Positions 45,814 to 57,300 of a stretch of 64,000 nt of DNA are shown in pieces. Numbering within the stretch: the first letter of the stretch is position 1; every line of letters starts with the position of its first letter. The stretch is from Azolla caroliniana (Eukaryota; Plantae; Polypodiophyta). The notes under the pieces are model-generated. The model made no database searches. It worked only from the letters and a program-made list of their open reading frames with translations, and was not told the DNA's origin. The stretch covers positions 6,386,001-6,450,000 of the forward strand of contig JBHGNT010000017.1 in the NCBI GenBank assembly GCA_043228905.1, written 5' to 3'. A program made the position numbers and the translations under genes.

Positions 45814-48800
45814 ATGAAGCCTCCACATTCACAGAATCATGATCATTCTCTCCCTAAAGTCGAGTTGCAGAGCTTGAGCAGCAAGGACGCTGATCCTGAT
45901 GCAGGAGCTTTGTTCGTGCTTGAATCCAAAGGTGCCGAGAAAAATGCATCACCCTCTTTATCTCCTCTTATGCTAATGTTATGCTAATTCCTTCTAGAAG
46001 TAATCAAGAATTCTTTATAGACAAGAACTCTGAGAACTTTCAATTGAAGTTGGGTTTTTTTATATAAGGAGATGGCTGGATGACACTGTATATTTTTTTG
46101 CCATGATTGTAAAAGTATTCCATATCAGGAACTCTGTGATAATAACTTTTTTTTATGTATGACTATATTCTTGTTGGCATGAGTATATGTATTATAGTAG
46201 GTTTCCATAGCTATAGATTTCTGAATTCAAGGATTCTGGAATACCATGCATTTCTGAACATGTCTGATAACAAGTCCAGATTTTATGGTTGTATGTCAAT
46301 GTCAATGTTGAGTATGGTGGTATGGCTGAATGTCCTCCGTTTAAGAGCTTCTATGAAGAGGGCAACACAAATAATTCAATGAAAGCTTGTGATGATAGAC
46401 TGGATATTAGCATAGAGGAGATGCACATTGTGTAAAACATACGAAATCAGTCACATCACAAATAACAAGTTTTCGGTTTTTTCCCTTGCAAGGAAGAAGC
46501 CCTTTTTTTCTTATGTTTTTTTATAGTGTTTAAAACAACCATGTGGAAGGAAAAATTTGAATGCTACATGTGAGAGAAAAAGTACAAGCTATCTTCAAAG
46601 GTAAGTATCTTCTTCACATGATGAAGCTGATGATAGTGTGCGATTCATGACCACAGTGAATGATGGAATGCAATGCATTTAATCATCTAGGAGTCTCTAC
46701 ATGATAATTGTGGCATGTGATGCATCATATGTAAATCATGACCATATTGATGCAACATGACCACGATGAATGATGAAATGCAATGCATTTAATCATCTAG
46801 GAATCTCTACGTGTTAATGGCATGTGATGCATCATATAGGGGGGTCATGTGCGCATATCAATGCAAGATTGTCATGTGATGTGATTTTGCAGGGAGTTGG
46901 GTTCACGCGGGATACCATCTGACGACATCAATAGCGGCGCCTGCACTGCTGAGCCTTCCATATGCATTCGTATCGCTGGGGTGGGTTGGTGGGTTAGTGT
47001 TTTTGCTGGCGGGTGCGGCCGTTACGTTCTATGCCTACAACTTGTTGTCGCTTGTGCTCGAGAGAAAGGCTGCATCTGGTCATCGTTTTCTCCGTTTTCG
47101 CGACCTTGCATACGACATCCTGGGTCAATCTTTTTTCTACTTGTAGTTTCTATTACCTTGATCAGTAGAAGATGTAACACCATAAGGATGGGGTCATGAT
47201 TTAACTATGGTGGATGTATTTCTGCTCCTATAATTGATTTCCTTACCAAGGAAATTCTCTCGCATTTCCCCAATTCATGAACTTATCCTCATTCTTCATA
47301 TGGCACGCCCGCTTCAACACATACAATGCACTTTTGGCTGTCTTAGAAGACCGTGTGTGTGTATGCATAATTAGATTAAATGAAGACACGTTCTGAATAT
47401 GGGCAAGCTATTTGAAGAAAAGTAGTGATATAAGATCATTAACACGACATAGATAATAAACACTTATTTTCAAAAACTTGGATAGAGTTACTTAATTGAG
47501 ACAGAGAGGGGGGAGTCTTGAACAAGATGGCTAAACTAGGTTCACTATAAAGGTTAATCGAGGGGAGCTCTTCAGTACAAGCCAAAAAAAGGTAAAGATG
47601 TAAGTGTAAATAAGGAGAAATCTTGTAGTAAAGGTATGGAGAATTAAGAGACCATGACAAGAAAGGTTTGAATAGTTCTTAGAAAGGTTTGGGTGAAGAG
47701 TAGTACATGTGAGAGAAAAGATGGAGGAGGATTAGGATTAAAGAGGGGTTTAGAAAGTCAAATATGATTTGTAGAAGGGCAGCATTACACTGCAGATTTG
47801 TAAGGAACAAAGTACGATCGATATCTTCGACAGCAATGTCAGAGAAAGTGATGGGGACAGCCCCTTTCCTGTAAACCATCATAAAAGTCTTTTCAAAGAC
47901 AAATGTGTGTCCATTCCAAGAGCTTTCGCACAAGTTTTAGCATTTGAGCCCTCCTACAATGAACCTTTTTTGTTGTGAATGAGGTTGAAATGAATTGTGA
48001 GCTCTCTCTTATTCACCCGAGTAACTCTATCCAAGTTTTTAAATACAGTTTTTGTATCATCTTATGTTAATGCTATTTGATGACTGAGGAAAGCTTGGTT
48101 TAACCAAAATACCATTTCGTGATATACTATATAATCAATACTGAGGGATAAACCAAACCATTTCTTGTCCCCCAAGAGAAAACTGATTCAGTTGACCTGG
48201 CAAAATGGCACAAATGGTCTACCCACCATCACAAAAAAAAAGCTTAGAACCACCAATACATAGAGCATTGTGTATTTTTGCGTTCTGTATACATTACAGA
48301 TGTGTGCATTATTCGTATTTTCCTTTTGAGGTAAGCTAAGGAAAGAAATCTATTTTTCTTAAGTAGCTTTAACTTCAATGTTTCTTCTGATATTGGCAGC
48401 AATGGTTCTCCTTTGAACTTATTATTTGGTTACTCAAATTTTTAAAATTTTAGGGCCTAGGATCACTCGTTATGGAGTAGCTCCGGTGCAATTTTCTTTA
48501 TGTCTAGGTGCCGTAATTGCAAGTACTGTGATTGGAGGCCAAAGCATGAAGGTATGCAAATGTATTGATGAATACAAAGTTTTCCGGTTTCCAAAAGGGA
48601 TTCCTCTTGAAAATAAATTCTCTTTTGCTAATCAGTGATTTGTAACATTTTCTCTTCTTGTAGCTGATCTACTCGATTTATCATCCAAATGGACATATGA
48701 AACTCTTTGAATTCATCATATGTTTTGGGTTGTTTATGATGATTTTGTCTCAATTACCATCCTTCCACTCACTGAGATACTTCAACCTTCTATCATTGCT

Positions 48801-50345
48801 CTTGTGCCTTGGGTATAGCATATGTGCAGTGGCGGGCTCTATATATGCAGGTTTGTTGAGTAGAGCGTAATGATTTTGCACATTGGTAATCTTTGCCTGA
48901 ATTAATTTGAACATGCTCAAATATATATCTGTATTTTTAGGCTATCATCAACATACCCAAAGGGATTACAGTATCAAAGGTGGAAAAACTAGTCAGTTGT
49001 TCGGTATTTTTAATTCTTTTGCTATCATTGCCTTAACATATGGCAATGGAATCATACCTGAAATACAGGTGATAAATTATATTATAACCTCTGATGAATA
49101 TAACTTAACAAATTAAATGAATAGTTCATCCTAATTTTTTCTAGTGTTTATACATCACTGGAACCAGGCAACCCTCGCTCCTCCGGTATCAGGAAAGATG
49201 TTTAAAGGGTTGTGCATGTCCTATGCAGTAGTGGTATCAACATTCTTTTCTGTGGCAATTTCTGGCTATTGGGCATTCGGTAATGAATCGGCAGGAAATG
49301 TCATGTCCAACCTCGCTCCCTCTGGCATGCCAGCTCTTGTTCCCAATTGGATGATCTTTGTGGCCAACATGTGTATAATCATACAACTTTTAGCAGTTAG
49401 TTTGGTATGCACTTCTTTATCAACAAAACTCGTGTCATAGTTTCATCATCACTTCAAAATCAAATATGCTTCCAATACATGATAATTAGATTTTTGTAAG
49501 GTTTAAGAGATTGGCGGTATGTCCGGAGATCGTCTGCCTTCTCCCCACCTTTAGCACAAGTCACAGTACAATCCCTGTTAAGAAAGAAAAAAATTAAACA
49601 TATAGACCGATGCATCACATGGAAATCATAGATTTATGGTCAAATTTGATGAGGGCGATTTCTTAAAACAGTACAAGGTCATGCATACTATGCTTGTGTG
49701 CATTCTATGAGACTTTATTTCACATTAACCCTGCTTGAATAGAGATGAATGTCATGTTCACTTTGACATCCAAGCTTAATATAGGCATGCTTTTATCCAG
49801 ATGCATACAGTATGCACATTTATTGCATAAACAAATTTCTGTCAAAGCAACTGTTATGTTTGTTGCAAATGCATGAATTTATTTATGTATATACATTATC
49901 GAATGGATGAATTCATTTAAGCATGTGTATTATCTACCAATTATGGTATAATTATGATGTGCAGGTGTATTCACAACCAACATTTGAAGTATTAGAAGGA
50001 AAAGCTTCTGATGCTACAATGGGGATGTTCGCCTTCAGAAATTTTATACCAAGGTTGCTCTTGAGGGGCTTATATATTACACTCGCGACACTCGTAGCTG
50101 CCATGCTTCCTTTCTTTGCAGATATCAGTGCCCTCATTGGGGCCTTTGGTTTTACACCTTTAGATTTTATCTTTCCCATGCTTTTCTACAACATGGTATT
50201 CAAGCCATCTCGGAGATCCTTCATTTTCTTAATAAATGCACTCATTATAGTGGTTTTCTCAATCGTGGGCTTATTCGGTTTCATTGCAGCCGTACGACAA
50301 ATTGTTCATGATGCAAGAACCTATCAAATCTTTGCAAATTTATAG
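45814..50345 (+). CDS. GAT1: GABA transporter 1-like permease, copy B. Exons 45814-45931, 46893-47123, 48454-48551, 48664-48850, 48941-49068, 49168-49404, 49965-50345; 459 aa
   Basis: Exon lengths are identical to copy A, splice sites are intact and the frame is open, with a few substitutions. Confidence 0.92.
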
Positions 50346-51710
50346 TATTACCGGTAACTCAAGAATAAGATCAACACTGACTCAACTGAAAAGCTCCAAC
50401 AAGTTTCCCAACATGGGATGCATAGGCGAAGTAGGAAATTTTATTATATTTTTTGACTTTTGGATGATAATCGTTGCTATTCAGCCCCCAAGAAGGGCCC
50501 AAATTTTGTCTCTTAATATTGCATGCACATTATTTGGCATATTAAAACACAAAGACATTGGCTTGTCTAAATGCTTCAAAAAGGTCTCCCCCCATAGAAT
50601 GCACGAAAGAAGCAAGGCAATCGCTTCTCTCACTTTTTCATATCAATGTTTAATGTTAGGTCGGATGCCCCAAATTTGCTATCTTCATAACCGTTGAATG
50701 TTTAAAGATAGGGAAAAGGGAATGGTGAGAGGGTGTAGGGGAGAAAAAAAAAGGGAATGAGTTGTCTTGCGAGGGCACTCGACACGAACAAAAGCTCGGT
50801 GTTAGCCGATGTTATTTTGTCGTGGGTGCCTATCTTCAAACCTTGGGCCTCCATGGAATGTCGGTGCTGTAAGTTATTGTTGATCGCGAGGTCGTACACG
50901 AGGGGTGCGGAAATGGTGGATCCTCGGCGGGCGGAGGAGATATAAGAGAAGAGGAACACCAAGGTCGATTGAGCGCACCTGAATCGATAGAGTGCTTGGT
51001 GTATACGAAGAGACAAGAGTAGGTATTAAGAAGAGGGGCAAGGGTAGGGGATTAACATACTAATTATAAAATGAAAGAGAGGGAGAAAGGGGAAGTGGCT
51101 AAACATAAATACTAATAAAATGATTAAACCGTAAATAATAAAAAAACATAACCCTAAGTGTAACACAAGGTAAAGGAAGGGGTAGGAGGGTAAGAAAGAG
51201 GGGTAATGGGGGGGATTAACCTATTAATTAAAAATAAAGTGAAAGAGAGAGAGAGAGGGAGAGAGATTAAAACATAATAAACCTAAGATTTAAGATTAAA
51301 AACGAGATTAAAACATAATAAACCTAATATTAAAGATAAGAAATGAGATTAAAAACCTAATTAAAGTTTTAAAAGTGGGGTAAGGGGAGGGGAGGGGATT
51401 AACATACTACTTAAAATGAAAGAGAGAGGTACCATTTACAACTAAAAAACGAGATTAAAATATAATTAAAAGGGGGAGTGACAGGGAGAGATAAAACATA
51501 AGTAAAAACATAATTAGAAAACGAAGATATATATATATATATATATATATATGAAACATGTGATTATCATTAGGGAAAATTACATTGGGTTTTTGGTGGG
51601 TGGGGGGGTGCATGGTCTTACGTAACTACCAAACTAGTGCATGGTCTTACGTAACTAGCATGGTCTTACGAAGAGGGGGGGTAGGGGTGTGCTATGTGCA
51701 TATGTGCACA

Positions 51711-54382
51711 TTAACGGATGGTAGTGGGGTGTAAGGTTTTTAAAGATAGCTTTTGGAGGTTTTCCAAGTCCCCTTGCAGGTAGACTGTCGTGTCATGTGC
51801 AAATTCTATATCCAGGATGCTTTGGTGAGAATGAGGTATGGGAAGACCACGTAGGTTAAGATGCCGAGAGTTGAGAAAGCAAGAGAGTGCTTCGGCGTAT
51901 AATAGAAATAAGGATGGAGCTAGTGGGCATCCCTGTTGTACAGATCGGGCTATTTGGAAAAAGGGGCCCCTTTCACTTGCTAGTGAAAGGCAACTGTTGC
52001 CATTCCTATAAAGTCCTGCAATGCCTTTGATCCATGTCTCTTGAAAGCCGAGTTTCCCCATCCCACTTTCTAGAAAGTTCCAGAATACCCTGTCATATGC
52101 TTTCTCAAAATCTAGTAGCACCACCGCTACCTTGTTGTTGGTTCGCTTGGCAAGGGCTACTGCTTCCCAGAATGAGAAGAGGTTGTCGAGGAGGCTCTGA
52201 TTTCTAATGAAACCTACCTGGCACGGATGAATGAGTTGAGGGAGAAGTGGTGTTAAACGGCGTGCCACGATTTTTGCGAGCAACTAATAGACAGTATTGA
52301 GAAGAGGTATGGGCCGCCACTTGCTAATGTCGTTGGCATTCCCACCACTTGTAGGAATGAGATGTATCATCCCTTGTCCAAATTCCTCTAGCATGCTTCT
52401 AGAGGTGATGATCTCCTCATATGCTTGGAGGAGGTCTTCTTTAATAGTCCCAAAGGCATGTGAAAAAGTGTGGGGTGAGGCCATCGATTCCGGGGCAACT
52501 ATCGGCATCAAAATCAGTGAGGGCCTCCCATATCTCAATGATTGATAGGGGACGTACAAGCCATGTATTCAGCCATGTATTCATTCCCAGCGTGACTTTG
52601 TCGGGGGTGCTTTGGAGGATAATATCTTCTTTTATGTCTTCCCTTGTAGCTATTATAATGTATTCAGTAAGTAGGTGACGATAATAACGTGTGGCAATAT
52701 TCCTCATTACGTTGCCATCCTCAATTGTCGTTCCATCCTCTCGGTTGAGGTTGTGCATCACAGTTCTAGCGTGTATCCGGCCTTTGGAGCGGAAGAATTC
52801 CTTCGTGGTTTTGTCCCCTGCTCGAATCCATCGCGCCATGCTTCCATGAAACTCCATGTCATATATTTCCTTTTCCGCCATGCTAAGTTCATGTTTGGCC
52901 GTGGAGACTTGTCCTGCGATCCAAATACAAGACGGGTATCTCTATTGGAGTCGTTATAAGGCTATTAGTACCCGTTTTGTCCTCTGTCGCTTCTCCTGAG
53001 CATCCTTGCTTTTGGTCTTGACAATCTCATGTAGGAGAGTAGAAGCTCTTGTTAGTTTAGCTAGAAGTTTGTCAGATGCTGATGAGTCATTGACGGGTAA
53101 TGACCATTGGTTGGATAGTTGGTCCTTCACGTCTGCAATGGGCCCCATTTTTGGTGCAATTGAAAATGATCACCTACCCATTGTTTATGTTCCCTTCCTT
53201 GTAGAACTATGGGGTTGTTGTTGGAGCTATCGTGAATGGCTTCGATCATGCATTAAAATCCCCTCCAATGCACCACTCGTCCGCACCTGCTACTTGTAGG
53301 CAGATGCGGTCCCAAAATGTTGCCCTTTCTATTTTGCTATTTGGAGCATAAATATTCACAAAGTTCCATCGTTGCCCTTAGTTGGCTAACGTGCAAAAAT
53401 GTGCCGTACCAGGTATAAGTGATTCCTGGTGTATTAAGCCTTGGGCTAGATGTTCCCGAATCAAAGTGCAATTGCTAGCTCCCAAATCATTCGCCATGAT
53501 CCTGGTAGAAGGTCTCTGGCTTCCTTTAACTACGTGCTATCAAGGTGGTGTTCCTACAACATGATGATGTCAGCACCACTCCCTAGTAAATATTCTTCAA
53601 GATCCCTTCTCAGTTTCCATCTGTTTTGCTCCGTATTAAGGTCTTAACATGACTTATTCTTCTTCGCTTCCCTGTTTTGTAAGCTTTAACGAGAACTTTC
53701 TCTTGTATGCTTGGTGTCACGTTAGGCCGTTCCTTGGGGCTTAAGAAAGAACTAGGGGAATGCTCGTTCGTTGGGGGGACCTCTTGTAGTAGATCAAATC
53801 GATTGGGGCTCATAGGCGATGGAGGCTGTTGTGCCGGTGAAGGTTTTCGAAGGACATAGGTGTTTTCTACCACTCGCCATTCCATCACAGCCTTGTTGGG
53901 TCGTGGTGGGGGAGGCTTCTGATTTCTTATGGTGTCTTGACCTTCTAGAGTCTCCTTGGTAGGATCTTTAATACGTCTTTTGGGGCAGTTCTTTTTTATA
54001 TGACCAAGTTTTTTGCATGCAAAACATTGCCCCAATGCGCCAATTACTTCTATGCGTTGTTCAATCCGCATTCCATTTTTCCCGGGAATGAGGATCTTGA
54101 AGGGAAGTTTATTGATGTACTGCACCAAGAGGCGGATAGAGGGAGGGCCTAGGTGCTTCTTTAGCTTGTCCGCTAGCATTAGTTCCTCATCCAACATCAT
54201 ACCAAAGGAGTTGCCAATAGTAGGAAGTAACATGTTGTATTCTAAGGATAATCCAGGAAACAACATTGTTACCTTTTTCATGGAATCTTCCTATTGCAAT
54301 TCTTGGACTCTCTTTTTTCCAGGGGGGATAAACGAATACTTGACCATGCATTCGTATGTGTATTCGTATGTATTCGAATGGG
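51711..54382 (-). mobile_element. Second copy of the L1-type LINE, interrupted at 54383 by a gypsy LTR
   Basis: LDFEKAYDRV, QGCPLAP, EFAHDTT, WIRAGDKTTKEFF and CFACKKLGHIKKNC. Homology to 42940-42969 stops at GAATGGG|TGTTAACC. Confidence 0.92.
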
Positions 54383-57300
54383 TGTTAACCGTTTCTGGGA
54401 AAAGACCTTCGATGAGCCCACAGGCTATCGGTATCAAGGGATCGTGTTACGTGGAAGCCTCTTCTACTATGAGAAGATGATAGGAGAACGAGGAGCATAC
54501 ACGTCTACAACCCGTTAGGCACAAACGTAGCTTGGTTTACGAGTACGGGGAGAATACACAGATAAAAGAATAGTAATGGCGAAACTTATATTAAATGATA
54601 AAGCTCACAGTGATTACAATACACAACTCTCGGCCGAAAACAGTTCGTGCAGAGCTTGGTGCTACGATATTAATCTCACTAAAAATGATCTAGCTCCCCT
54701 GTTGAGGTATGCATATCTCGGGTTATATAGTTTTCCTCTTTAGACAAAGGCGAGCCATCGGCTGATTGTGAGGGCTAAAAACTTGAGTATTTCTAGTTTT
54801 ACCTATTTCTTCACCTACTATTCTACCTACTGGCGAGTTTACATAATGTATTGATATTTTTGGCCTATGGACAACACCTGGCACGCCCGTGGGACAGGAC
54901 TTTTTCCGTCAAACCCACGGTTCACAATGTGGAGGGATAACCAAGGATTTGGCAAAAACAAAACAAATTGAAAAAGTTACCCGTTTATACAAGGGCTTAT
55001 GGGTTTGTTTTATTTCTCTTCTAATATGCGGAGGATATCCTTGGGGGCGTGCGGTTGGTCTGGCCGCTCGGAAGGTGGGGTTGGTGATGGAGGTTTTGTT
55101 GCCGAGTCGGGGATGGTTGTGTCGTCGCGTGCGCCGCCCTTTGTTGGTACCGATTCAGGTAGGGTCGTGGTTGTAGTTTGTGGCTCGGTTGGGATGTGGG
55201 GATCTGTAGGGGCAGGTTCCTCCTGTGTGGCTTCCGTGGGGGTGGGCTCGGGTTCTTGCTCGTCGGTCGTGGCAGCTTTGGTAATCTCGGTAGCTGGACA
55301 TTCCTCTTTGTAAGCTTCGGCTTCTAAACGGAACACCATTAGATCGTCGTTGAATTCCTCGAGAAGTTGCTCGATGGCCGAGGTGTGGGATGCTGCTAAG
55401 GTATGATATTCCTCAGTCAAGTCTTCCCGAAGGGTCTGGATGCTGGTGTCATCCATCTTGTAAAACCCTTGGCCCTCCTTCCTTCGATTCTCGGTGTCCG
55501 CGCGTAGTATGTGTAGTTCAACGGCTTGGGCCGACCATTCCTGCCAGCCACGGTCGAGTGTTTCCTCGATCTTCTTGGTGAATTGCTGGCGATACTTGTT
55601 GATCAGGATCTTTATTTTAGTATCGTCCATGCCGATGCTAGCTCGGTGAACTTCCACTTCCTCCCTTACGGCCTTGGCGTCTTCTTGGCTTTTGCAGACG
55701 AGGAGCACTAAAGTAGCTTGGTTATCCTTTTCTTTTTCGGTTATGAGCACGATTGTCTGCTCGTAACGTTTGGTGAGCTGAGCTACAGTTTCGTCCCTGT
55801 CCTGTCTCCAACCGTCCCGATGTCGTTCTTCGGCAGGGATGTGCTCAGTTTGCAACTAGTGATACGCATCAGAAATTTTCGCCCTTTGCTCTTCAGAGAT
55901 CCTCCACTTTTGCATGTGCTCGTTTGCCAATTCTTGTAATGCCCTTTGTTGACGACGTAATTCCTGGCTGTCTGCGAATAGCTCGCGTTCCCGTTGGTTA
56001 TTCGGCTCTACTTCTTTGAGGAATTGTTCTTTGGCCTCGGTGATAGAGACTTGAAGGGTCATCACCTCTCTCTCTTGTGCTTTGAGTGCGGCTGAGCTTT
56101 CAGCAAGCAGTCGCTTGAGGTCAGCTTCACGGCCTGCGGCTTGTTCCCGTAGTTTTGTGGTTGTGGTTTTGTTCTGTTAACTTGGCTAGAGCGATCTGGG
56201 CCTTAAGCTCCTTTTGGTAGTCACGGAGAGGAGGTCCGGTCTGGGTTGCAGCTTCCTGGATCCGGGGAGTGGGTTCCCTGTCCGTTTGTGTAGATCTTTC
56301 CATGATGAGAGGTGGTGGTGGCGTTTGCGTGGAAGCGTGGCTGGTTTGGGGGTGTGGGCTTATATCTACCCGTGACGATGGCTCGCTTGTCTGTACCAAT
56401 TCCGTCATTGTGCTTGCATTGACCGTTGCTACCCTGGGGTGAGCTGTGTCATCTTTGTATGCTTTGGTAACAACGGCACTCAGGCTCGGGTTCGGACGAG
56501 GGCCTAGTGAGACATCGTTACTCGGCGCAAGGAGGCTTAAGGGCGGCTGTTCTTGATGTTGCTGCTTCAATGACGCTAGTTTCTCCTCGGCGGCTTGCCA
56601 TAGCTTGGTAGCCCGTTTGGCTTGCTGATGCGCCGTTTTGATACGTCGGGCCATGTCCTTGGCTGCCCGAGTAATGTGGTGCAGATTTCGATATGCCTTG
56701 AGTAAGGCCGTGTTCAAATCTGGTAGCTCCATGAGGAGAGAAGCATTCTGTGCTTGCTTCTTCTGCCCGATCTTCTGTAAGGCTCGATCCTCGTGAGGTT
56801 CGATTTCTCCCATTAGAGCGCGTTGGATCATCTTCGTTTCTGCGTGCTCCTCGGCCATACGAGCGGCCGCAGCTACTTGAGCGCACGTGAGGAAATCCAT
56901 TAACTCATATGTTGTGCCCAGTTGAAGTAGTGCATTGAACTCGTATGCCTCCGCGGGGAGATCTTTGTAACTGAGGACTTCCTCCTCTGATACTTGCGTG
57001 GTTTGTCCATGCTCGATCCTACCGACTTGGAGCCATGACTCCGCTGGTACCATGGCTGTGGAGGTCAGGCTGGCCTCTTTTGATTTCAGATGATGGGTGC
57101 CCTCGATTTCTGTGGTTGACTCTCGATTGATGCGACGTCTTTTTTGTGGCTGATCTTGTGAGTCCGGGGCCGGTGGTGTGGGCTCCTCGACTTGTTTCCT
57201 CTTTTTTTGCCGTATGCCTGAGGGTTGCTGGTTTGTGGGGCGCGGGCTCGGTTGTGGAGAGGGCAGCAATGTCCGTGGTGTTTTCTGGCGTATGGTGACA

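Noticed and set aside
45626-45832. Poly-Leu ORF on the minus strand
   Set aside because: It is the antisense translation of the (TAG)n/(GAA)n microsatellite.
54879-54895. tRNA gene
   Set aside because: Only a 17-nt 3'-end match including CCA, with no cloverleaf; treated as a primer-site-like motif instead.
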